Part shown: one piece after another, positions 23,741 through 32,000 of the stretch
Layout: the number at the start of each line of letters is the position of its first letter
Numbering within the stretch: position 1 is the first letter of the stretch
Origin: Candidatus Methanophagaceae archaeon
GTDB taxonomy: Archaea > Halobacteriota > Syntropharchaeia > Alkanophagales > Methanospirareceae
Reading direction: 5' to 3'
Assembly (NCBI GenBank): GCA_003194425.1
Contig: PQXB01000001.1
Span: forward strand, 400,444-432,443
Length of the DNA: 32,000 bases
Made by a program: the position numbers and the translations under genes
The notes under the pieces: generated by a model
Told to the model about the DNA's origin: nothing
The model's database searches: none
Seen by the model: only the letters and a program-made list of their open reading frames with translations

Positions 23741-23974
23741 TTGGCGATTCTTAAAAATTACGACGAGCCTATCGAGTACAGTTTCGCAGTGCCGGATTTG
23801 GGTGCGACGTGGTTCAGCAACGCGTTCTTCGTGCAGTTGGTGGATACAGAGGAAGGAGCGGGAGGAGGAGCAGGCGTCGGAGAAGTTCTGGGGCGCTGCG
23901 GCTTTAAAAAACCTTTCTTTAAAAAAGAAAGCTTTACCAACAACTTTTTTACCTTCGGTAAAAACCTTGACTAA
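23741..23974 (+). pseudogene. EYSFAVP family copy C, truncated and fused to the 74-nt repeat
   Basis: Only 23774-23866 (EYSFAVPDLGATWFSNAFFVQLVDTEEGAGGG) is homologous to copies A and B. At the shared ggagcagg microhomology it switches into repeat copy 2 (23867-23940). The N-terminal 11 codons overlap the vapB2 promoter region. Confidence 0.6.
23867..23940 (+). repeat. 74-nt repeat, copy 2
   Basis: Identical to 21586-21659. Followed by a 78-nt copy-specific insert (23941-24018) that carries a TATA-like ctttatatag. Confidence 0.95.
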
Positions 23975-24043
23975 ACTTTACTGAAGAAAAATAATACTTT
24001 ATATAGAGTTATAGAGTGAAAGAAAAAGGAAGTAAAAGTAGAA

Positions 24044-24193
24044 ATGAAAAGAAGTAGAGGGGAAATATTTGGGTCCGCCCTTGTGGCGGCGTTTGTAGTG
24101 GTGGTAGCGGTGTTTCCGACTGCGGTCTCGGTCTCGGTGACCGCAGCAGAGAGAGGAGCAGAGGGGAGAGGGAGAGAAGAAAGGCAATCGTAG
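24044..24193 (+). CDS. Hydrophobic micro-ORF (49 aa), intact twin of the leader at 21683
   Basis: MKRSRGEIFGSALVAAFVVVVAVFPTAVSVSVTAAERGAEGRGREERQS. TATA-like tttatata lies ~40 nt upstream. 24019-24108 is roughly 90% identical to 21658-21747 by eye (about seven mismatches in ~90 nt). It is below the 60-aa track cutoff. Confidence 0.4.
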   Translation: MKRSRGEIFGSALVAAFVVVVAVFPTAVSVSVTAAERGAEGRGREERQS

Positions 24194-24235
24194 AAGTGGA
24201 TGAGGAATACCATTTTGTAGATTCTGAAGTCTTTT
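24165..24235 (+). pseudogene. Decayed vapB'-vapC' remnant
   Basis: 24165-24210 matches 22104-22149 (the vapB1 5' end) with ATG mutated to AAG. After a 7-nt slip deletion it jumps to ttttgtagattc, which matches the vapC1 5' end (22363-22374), and then diverges. Confidence 0.7.
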
Positions 24236-24260
24236 ATTATTTTACCAACACATCCCTAGA

Positions 24261-25415
24261 ATGACGATCGAAGAGGAGATAAAAAACACCGAGGACGAAA
24301 TCCGAAAGACACCCTACAACAAGGCGACCTCACACCACATCGGACGGCTAAAAGCCAAACTCGCACGACTACGCGACGAACTCCAAAAACGCGCAACCGC
24401 CGCAACCGCCGCCTCAAAATCCGAAAGCAGAGGCTACGCGGTAAAAAAATCAGGGGACGCAACCGTCGTGCTCGTCGGGTTTCCCTCGGTCGGCAAGTCA
24501 ACGCTGCTCAACCGCCTCACCGGCACCAGCGCTGAGGTCGCTGCTTACGACTTCACTACCCTCGAAGTAATTCCCGGCACGCTCCTCTACAAAGGTGCGC
24601 GAATTCAATTCCTCGACCTCCCAGGGCTCGTCCGCGGCGCTGCAACAGGGCGAGGGCGTGGCAGAGAGGTGATTTCAGTGCTGCGGAACGCAGACCTAAT
24701 TCTCTTCGTCCTCGACCCCTTCCAGCCGCAGCAGCAGTACGAGACGCTAGCGAAAGAGTTGCACGACGCGGGCGTCCGAGTCAACGCCAAACCGCCTGCA
24801 GTCAGAATTCGGAGAACGAGCAGAGGCGGAATCGCAGTGAACAGCACCGTCCCTCTCGCCCTCAACCCTGATGACACCGAGACAGCTGACTCCGAGACTG
24901 GCGGAATTGACGAAGAAACAATCCGTGCAGTGCTGTCAGAATACAAAATACTCAACGCCGAAGTCCTGATTCGAGAACGCGTCTCCCTCGACCGACTCAT
25001 TGACGCAGTTCTCGGCAACCGCAGCTACATCCCCGCACTCACCGCCGTCAACAAGGTGGATTTGGCGAGTTCTGAGTTTGGGGGGTTTGGATTTGAGTTT
25101 AAAGACGCAATTCCAATCTCGGCGGCGCTCGGCACGAACATTGAGGCACTGAAAGCCCGGATTTACGACAAATTAGGGTTCATTCGCACCTTTATGAAGC
25201 CGCAGGGAGCACCGCCGGATTTGGAGAACCCGCTGGTCGTGAGGCGGAATTCTACGGTCGCGGACGTCTGTTCTGCGATTCATCGCGACTTCGTTGCGCG
25301 GTTCCGCTACGCCCGCGTCTGGGGAAAATCAGTGAAGTTCGGGGGACAGCGTGTTGGTCTCTCGCACTTGCTCGCTGACGGCGATGTGGTGAGCATTGCG
25401 ATGCAACGGAGATAA
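24261..25415 (+). CDS. DRG-family (Obg-like) GTPase with C-terminal TGS domain
   Basis: N-terminal TPYNKATSHHIGRLKAKLARLR. G1 GFPSVGKST, G3 DLPG, G4 NKVD. TGS-like tail (VADVCSAIHRDFVARFRYARVWGKSVKFGGQRVGLSHLLADGDVVSI). Confidence 0.9.
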   Translation: MTIEEEIKNTEDEIRKTPYNKATSHHIGRLKAKLARLRDELQKRATAATAASKSESRGYAVKKSGDATVVLVGFPSVGKSTLLNRLTGTSAEVAAYDFTTLEVIPGTLLYKGARIQFLDLPGLVRGAATGRGRGREVISVLRNADLILFVLDPFQPQQQYETLAKELHDAGVRVNAKPPAVRIRRTSRGGIAVNSTVPLALNPDDTETADSETGGIDEETIRAVLSEYKILNAEVLIRERVSLDRLIDAVLGNRSYIPALTAVNKVDLASSEFGGFGFEFKDAIPISAALGTNIEALKARIYDKLGFIRTFMKPQGAPPDLENPLVVRRNSTVADVCSAIHRDFVARFRYARVWGKSVKFGGQRVGLSHLLADGDVVSIAMQRR

Positions 25416-26517
25416 AACCTCTCTCTTTTCCGAAAACTCTTTTTCTAAAAGAAAGTGCAACAGCTCTTCGTTCTCCTCGTCCCGCCGCACCGAGAACCTA
25501 ATGTGCGACGGCAGACCAAACGAAGCACAGTCCCGCACCAAAATCCCACACCTCAAAAGCCGACGCTTCACTTCTCTCGCACTCGCATTTCCAACATCAA
25601 AAGCATAAAAATTCGCGTCCGTCTGAATTGAGCCCGCAAACGCCTCCTCAATTCTTTTTTTGCTCCGCTCTATTTTTCTCCGCGTCTGGTTTAAAAATTC
25701 CTCGCCCGCCGACCCGACCACTGCCTGTCCCACTCTCTGTGCAAAGACACTCACACTCCACGGCGCCTGCGCCTTCCTCATCATTTTTATGTTCTCTGCA
25801 GACGAAATCGCGTAGCCCAGCCGCAGACCAGGAACCGCGAACGACTTCGTGAGCGACCGCAGAACAACCAAATTCCCTGTCTGCGTCGGCGTCGGTCTTT
25901 GTGAAAACGCTTTCTCTACAAAATCCCGGTACGCCTCGTCAAGCACCAGCAACGCGTCCACCCGCTCCGCCTCTTCTAACACCTGCCGCACCTCGTCTTC
26001 GCTGAGGTACTGCCCGGTCGGGTTGTTAGGGTTGCAGAGAAAGACCACATCCCCGTTCTTCATTTTTTCCACCACCTGCTCGGGCTTGACTTGCAGCCCT
26101 GGCATTTCTACACGCTCTATTTTTACTCCTGCACCCCCTTCCTTCCCAACCAACCTCGCAGCGACCTCGTACTCGCCGTAAGTGTGCCTCGGCAGCACTG
26201 CCCGTTTTTTGACAAAAGAAAGTGCGACAAGCCGAATTAGTTCTGAAGCCCCCGCGCCCACCAAAATCTCCTCCTCCCGACACCCCTCTCTTCCCGAAAT
26301 CCTCGCTCGCAACGCGCAGCAGTCGGAGTCAGGGTACTCGCTTATTTCGGCTGCCGCCTCCCGCACTGCGTCAAAGACAAAATCTGGCGGTCCGTAAGGG
26401 TTTAAATTTACACTGAAGTCAATTATTTTTCTACTCTTGTCTCTTCGCCTACTACCCCCGTCTCTTCCCCCACCACACCCGTCTCTTCGCCCGCCGCCGT
26501 GCTCGCAAATTTCAATT

Positions 26518-26546
<29 letters not shown>
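25329..26546 (-). CDS. Class I/II PLP aminotransferase-fold enzyme, CobD (threonine-phosphate decarboxylase)/HisC-like
   Basis: EHGGG....IIDFSVNLNPYGPP (CobD-like N-terminus), FLCNPNNPTG, SLTKSFAVPGLRLGY (PLP lysine). Has a G/R-rich insertion near the N-terminus. The 3' tail overlaps the DRG gene convergently by 87 nt. Confidence 0.65.
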
Positions 26547-28071
<1,525 letters not shown>

Positions 28072-28079
28072 TTAATCAG

Positions 28080-28153
28080 CGAGCCGGGAGGGATTTGAAC
28101 CCCCGACGGGCAGGTTAAGAGCCTGCTGCTCTGCCTTTCTGAGCTACCGGCCC
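28080..28153 (-). tRNA. tRNA-Lys (anticodon CUU), 74 nt, no encoded CCA, no intron
   Basis: Reverse complement folds by hand: GGGCCGG/TA/GCTC-AGAAAGGCA-GAGC/A/GCAGG-CTCTTAA-CCTGC/CCGTC/GGGGG-TTCAAAT-CCCTC/CCGGCTC/G. All stems pair, with two G.U pairs. Confidence 0.9.
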
Positions 28154-28215
28154 ACGCTTCAATTTTTGTTAGGCACGATGTTATTTAAACTTTAATTAAA
28201 AAAGCAAAAACCAAA
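28154..28215. promoter_or_regulatory. AT-rich divergent promoter region (tRNA-Lys / tgtA)
   Basis: tatttaaa at 28182-28189 (tttaaata on the - strand) lies ~30 nt upstream of the tRNA 5' end. tttaattaaaaaa lies ~15-25 nt upstream of ATG 28216. Confidence 0.4.
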
Positions 28216-29790
28216 ATGGCAGAGGCACACGCAGACGCAGAGTTTAAGTTTGAGGTTCTGCACAAGGATTTGATGGGGCGGGTGGGTCGGCTGCGAACGC
28301 CGCGGGGGGCAGTGGTGGAGACGCCGACGCTAATGCCGGTGCTAAACCCTGGCCTCGCCTCAGTCGGCGCAGGTGCAATCGGTGCAGAGGAAATGCGGAA
28401 GCACGGCGCCGAGATGCTCATCACGAACGCCTACCTAATTTACAGGAAGCCTGATTTACGAGAGGAGGCGGTTAAGAAGGGCGTTCACTCGCTCTTGGGC
28501 TTGGGCTTGGACCTGGGCAGTGGCTGTGAGACGCCGGTGATGACCGACTCCGGGTCTTACCAACTCTACGAGTACTCCGATGTAGAGGTGAGCAACAGGG
28601 AGATTTTGGATTTTCAGCGCCGCATCGGCTCGGACGTCTGCGTGCCTTTGGACATTCCGACTGCACCGTTCCCGCACGCAAAAAGGGAGCAAGCGAGAGC
28701 AGACTTGGAGGAGACACTGAGGCGGCTCCGAGAGGCGAGGGAGACTATTTGGGGCGGCGACAAAATGCTTGCAGGGGTCGTGCAGGGCTCGAGTTTTTTG
28801 GACTTGCGGGCAGAGAGTGCGAGGCGTGCTGCAGAGATTGGGTTTGACCTGTACGCGATTGGGGGCGTGGTGCCGCTGCTGGCGTCCTACAGGTTTGAGG
28901 AGTTGGTGGACGTGGTCGTGGCGGCGAAACGGGAACTGCCGTTGAACGCTCCTGTTCACCTCTTCGGGGCTGGGCACCCGATGATTTTTCCGCTCGCAGT
29001 CGCTCTCGGCTGCGACCTCTTTGACTCTGCAGCTTACGCACTCTACGCGAAGGCAGGGCGGTACTTGACGAGCGAGGGGACGAGGAGAGTGGCGGATTTG
29101 CGGTTCCTGCCCTGCTCCTGCCCTGTCTGCTCTTCGCACAGCGTTGGCGAGGTGCGGGAGAGCGCGGAGTTGCTGGCGTCGCACAACTTGTGTGTCTCTT
29201 TCGCGGAGATGCGAACCGTGAAGCAGAGCGTTGCCGAAGGGCGGTTGTGGGAACTCTGCGAACGGCGGTGCAGGGCACACCCGGCTCTGCTGAGCGGTCT
29301 GCGGCGGCTTGCGAAATATTCGGCGCTGCTTGAGAGGTTCGACCCTGCAACGAAACTTCACCCTTTCTTTTACCTCGGCGAGACCTCTGCACACCGACCT
29401 GAAGTGCTGCGGTACTCGGAACGGCTGGAGCGGTTCAAGCTCTCGGGTAGGGTGCTGGTAAGCACGAACCCTTTTTCTAAAGAAAAATGTTTTACCGAAA
29501 AAGAGGAGGAGAAGTTTGAGAGCGTATTTTTTGTGAAGCCGCCGTTTGGACCCTGCCCGGTCGAGTTGGCAGAGACTTACCCGGTGGGGCAGGCAGAGGT
29601 GCCGGCAGCGGCAGAAGCAGACAGCGAAGCCAAGACGGTGGCGCTGCGAAATGTGCTGAAGTTGCTGGAAATGAACGCGGGGAAGGCGAAGTTCGTTTTT
29701 GTTTACGACCGCAGTTGGGCGTGTGAGTACCGGTGCCAGCCGTTGATTGAGGAGATTGGGAAGTACGCGGAGGTGAAAATGAAAAAATGA
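28216..29790 (+). CDS. tgtA: Archaeosine tRNA-guanine transglycosylase (ArcTGT)
   Basis: FEVLHKDLMGRVGRLRTPRGAVVETPTLMPVLNP. LYAIGGVVPL. Zn site CSCPVCSSH...H. 524 aa, with no recognisable C-terminal PUA-like segment. Confidence 0.85.
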   Translation: MAEAHADAEFKFEVLHKDLMGRVGRLRTPRGAVVETPTLMPVLNPGLASVGAGAIGAEEMRKHGAEMLITNAYLIYRKPDLREEAVKKGVHSLLGLGLDLGSGCETPVMTDSGSYQLYEYSDVEVSNREILDFQRRIGSDVCVPLDIPTAPFPHAKREQARADLEETLRRLREARETIWGGDKMLAGVVQGSSFLDLRAESARRAAEIGFDLYAIGGVVPLLASYRFEELVDVVVAAKRELPLNAPVHLFGAGHPMIFPLAVALGCDLFDSAAYALYAKAGRYLTSEGTRRVADLRFLPCSCPVCSSHSVGEVRESAELLASHNLCVSFAEMRTVKQSVAEGRLWELCERRCRAHPALLSGLRRLAKYSALLERFDPATKLHPFFYLGETSAHRPEVLRYSERLERFKLSGRVLVSTNPFSKEKCFTEKEEEKFESVFFVKPPFGPCPVELAETYPVGQAEVPAAAEADSEAKTVALRNVLKLLEMNAGKAKFVFVYDRSWACEYRCQPLIEEIGKYAEVKMKK

Positions 29791-29835
29791 AATTCGCCAA
29801 AATAAAACAACCTAAAGGAAGGAACTTTTTTTTAC

Positions 29836-30732
29836 TTATTTTGCCACGGGGTAAGTCCCCAAGATTTTCAGCGTCGCTACTCTCTGCTCCACGCCCCGCA
29901 ACGCTGCTCTTACCGCCTCCTCGTCCAAATGCCCCTCGCAGTCAATGTGAAACATGTAGTCGCCCATTGCACGCCTGGAGGGGCGGGACTCTATTTTCGT
30001 GAGGTTTATTCCACGCCGTGCGAACTCGCCCAAAACCTCGTACAACGCTCCAGGTCGGTCTTTCAGGTAAATCAAGACAGAGGTCTTGTCCTTTCCTGTG
30101 GGAGCTGTTTCGGTAGCCAAAGAAGAAGAGGAAAGCACGACGAACCTCGTGACGCTTTCTTTGTCCTGCACATTTTCCGCCACAATTTTCAGCCCGTACC
30201 TCCGCGCCGCCTCTTCAGACGCCAACGCCGCCGTTCTTCCTTTCTCGTCTTTGGCTGCCAACTTCGCAGCGCTCGCAGTGCTGTCCACGGACTTTATTTT
30301 CGCACCCCTCAACTGCTCCCTCAGGAACTGCTTGCACTGTGCCAACGCGTGCGGGTGCGAGACCACAGTTTTTATTTCTGCAAGATTTTTTGGTAAATTT
30401 AGTAAAGTTCTTAAAGAAAGGTTTATTTTTATCGGCACCAGCACCTCACCTACAATCCGCAACTCCTCGCCCTCGCCTTCGGCAGTCTCGGCGTTCTCTC
30501 TTTCACTCGAAAGCACATCTAAAGTCTCGCCCACCGACCCCTCCAACGAGTTCTCAATCGGGACAATTCCGCAATCCACCTCCCCCCTCAACACGCCCTC
30601 GGAGACCCCAAAAATCGTTTCGTAATATTTTATCTCTTCGCCCTCTTCATTTTTTTCCGCTTTTGACAACAACCACAACTCCGCCGCCGCCTCCGAGAAT
30701 GTCCCTGCAGGACCCAACACACCTATTTTCAT
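29836..30732 (-). CDS. pheA: Prephenate dehydratase (PDT + ACT domains)
   Basis: MKIGVLGPAGTFSEAAA. TRFVVL. ACT region SVLIYLKDRPGALYEVLGEFARRGINLTKIESRP. Confidence 0.85.
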   Translation of the reverse strand: MKIGVLGPAGTFSEAAAELWLLSKAEKNEEGEEIKYYETIFGVSEGVLRGEVDCGIVPIENSLEGSVGETLDVLSSERENAETAEGEGEELRIVGEVLVPIKINLSLRTLLNLPKNLAEIKTVVSHPHALAQCKQFLREQLRGAKIKSVDSTASAAKLAAKDEKGRTAALASEEAARRYGLKIVAENVQDKESVTRFVVLSSSSLATETAPTGKDKTSVLIYLKDRPGALYEVLGEFARRGINLTKIESRPSRRAMGDYMFHIDCEGHLDEEAVRAALRGVEQRVATLKILGTYPVAK

Positions 30733-30774
30733 TTTTTTCTCTCTGACCTCAATTCACTTCCCCCTAACTTAAAC

Positions 30775-32000
30775 TCACCTCACAAACTTAACAACTCCCC
30801 CCCCAGGAGCATAAAGCACCCCCTCCCGCTTCATAACTTCAATCATCTCCTCCGCCTTCTCGCGCTCCGTCCCTTCCTCCTCCGCAGCGTCAAGCACCGC
30901 CTCAATCGGCACTTCTTCCCCGTACTCCTTCACCAACTCCTTTATTATTTCGCGAATTGACCTTGCACGGTCTCGGCGTGTCTTCGTCGTCCCGACATTC
31001 ACCCAGTCAGCGTCTAACTTACCTGTCTCGGGGTCGACAAAAACCCGCTTCAAGCAGTAGGTGACCAAATTAATCACGCGTTCGGCGTCCTCAGCCGTTA
31101 TTTTGTCGCTCAGCCGTGCCCTTGCCCTTGCCTCGCCCAGCCGAATCAGTGCCTCTAACTGCCGTGCCGTTACAGGGACAGGAGCGTCCTCGTCCTCGTA
31201 GCTCGGCTGCCGAAGCCCGATGTAAAAGTCCAGAAACTTCTGCTTCGCCTCCTCACTCATCACCGGAAAGACATTCCTCTTGCTCCACGCCACATATTTC
31301 CTTAACAACCCCCCAGCTATTTCAGGCTTCATTCTTTGCATCGCCACCTTGAAATGCTCCTCTCTCTCGGCTCTCTCAGCTCTCTCGGCTCTCTCAGCTC
31401 TCTCACTTCTTTCACCTCTCTCACCTTTCTCAGCTCTCTCACTTCTTTCACCTCTCTCACCTTTCTCAGCTCTCTCACTTCTTTCACCTCTCTCACCTTT
31501 CTCAGCTCTCTCAGCTCTTTCACCTCTTTCACCTCTCTCGCTGCCCGCTTCTCTTCTGCTCCCGCTGCTCCTGTCACCTGGCGTTGCGAGCAGTTCGCCA
31601 ACGTAGTGCGTCTCAATTATGTGCTTCGCAGTCCTCGTGTCAAGTTCTTCGTTCGGTCGGTCTAGCATCGTAAAAATGAGGTCGAACCGCGACAAAAGTG
31701 TGGGAGGCATATTTATCTGCTCTGAAATTGGGGTGTACCTGTCGAACCGCCCGCCTTTCGGGTTCGCCGCAGCCAGCAACGCACACCGCGAGTTTAACCT
31801 TGCCATCATTCCTGCCTTCGCGATGCTCACTGTTTGCTGCTCGATCGCCTCGTGAAGTGCGTCGCGGTCCCGCTTCTCCATCTTGTCGATTTCGTCGACG
31901 GCAGCAATGCCCTTGTCCGCGAGCACCAGCGCACCAGCCTCCAAAGTCCACCGCCCCTCACCGAACTCGTCTTTGACCGCGGCTGCGGTGAGTCCTGCTG
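30775..32000 (-). CDS. mcm: MCM replicative helicase, partial (N-terminal part lies beyond the right edge)
   Basis: The frame stays open to nt 31998 (...AGLTAAAVKDEFGEGRWTLEAGALVLADKGIAAVDEIDKM). Walker B DEIDKM, arginine-finger SRFDLIF, C-terminal winged-helix-like end. A repeat-encoded insertion lies at 31362-31545. Confidence 0.9.
   Translation of the reverse strand, partial: AGLTAAAVKDEFGEGRWTLEAGALVLADKGIAAVDEIDKMEKRDRDALHEAIEQQTVSIAKAGMMARLNSRCALLAAANPKGGRFDRYTPISEQINMPPTLLSRFDLIFTMLDRPNEELDTRTAKHIIETHYVGELLATPGDRSSGSRREAGSERGERGERAERAEKGERGERSERAEKGERGERSERAEKGERGERSERAERAERAERAEREEHFKVAMQRMKPEIAGGLLRKYVAWSKRNVFPVMSEEAKQKFLDFYIGLRQPSYEDEDAPVPVTARQLEALIRLGEARARARLSDKITAEDAERVINLVTYCLKRVFVDPETGKLDADWVNVGTTKTRRDRARSIREIIKELVKEYGEEVPIEAVLDAAEEEGTEREKAEEMIEVMKREGVLYAPGGGVVKFVR
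31395..31502 (-). repeat. 36-nt in-frame tandem repeat x3 inside mcm (EKGERGERSERA)
   Basis: cagctctctcacttctttcacctctctcacctttct occurs at 31395-31430, 31431-31466 and 31467-31502, flanked by degenerate copies (31362-31545 overall). Confidence 0.9.

Noticed and set aside
23741-23773. N-terminus (LAILKNYDEPI) of acidic-ORF copy C as evidence of an intact third gene.
   Set aside because: Homology to copies A and B begins only at 23774. The preceding codons overlap the AT-rich promoter region of the divergent vapB2. The 3' part switches into the 74-nt repeat and reads KKPFFKKESF through the hairpin. Called a fragment.
21533-24240. Classical mobile element (IS, integron or provirus) as the explanation for the mosaic region.
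   Set aside because: I saw no transposase, integrase or recombinase ORF, no terminal inverted repeats and no target-site duplications. Junctions sit at microhomologies instead. Kept as an unexplained recombination hotspot rather than called a mobile_element.

Overview
Archaeal chromosomal window, densely coded on both strands: about 30 protein genes and one tRNA. I found no rRNA, CRISPR array, transposase or integrase. The archaeal origin rests on an MCM helicase, archaeosine TGT, a DRG GTPase, an Sm-like protein, class-III-signal pilins and the Ahb haem pathway. LEFT (1-11.4 kb): a 5'-truncated repeat-rich surface protein; the siroheme-dependent haem cluster ahbD / fused ahbAB / ahbC plus hemB; then metG, an Sm-like gene, pyrC and nnr. 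MIDDLE (11.4-21.4 kb): a surface and cytoskeleton neighbourhood. It holds a half-size TadC/FlaJ-like platform protein, an operon of an FG-GAP propeller protein plus a 725-aa pilin-signal protein with a polyglycine core, two paralogous type IV pilins, then ftsZ, a 4-TM protein and an actin-fold ATPase. RIGHT (24.3-32 kb): DRG GTPase, a CobD/HisC-family enzyme, an FAD protein, tRNA-Lys(CUU), ArcTGT, prephenate dehydratase and an MCM truncated by the window edge. The most unusual stretch is 21.5-24.25 kb. It is a recombination mosaic of three copies of an unrecognised small acidic ORF family (EYSFAVP[DE]LGAKWFSNAF...). It also carries two intact vapBC modules, one decayed vapB'C' remnant, a duplicated hydrophobic micro-ORF, and a perfect 74-nt repeat made of a PaREP1/HEPN-like gene fragment plus a hairpin. 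A second recurring theme is purine-rich (GAR-type) tandem repeats. They form long leaders upstream of genes and in-frame charged insertions inside housekeeping enzymes (MCM, Nnr, AhbAB, FAD protein, PyrC). All calls come from reading the sequence and ORF translations; no searches were run, and family names are from memory of motifs.
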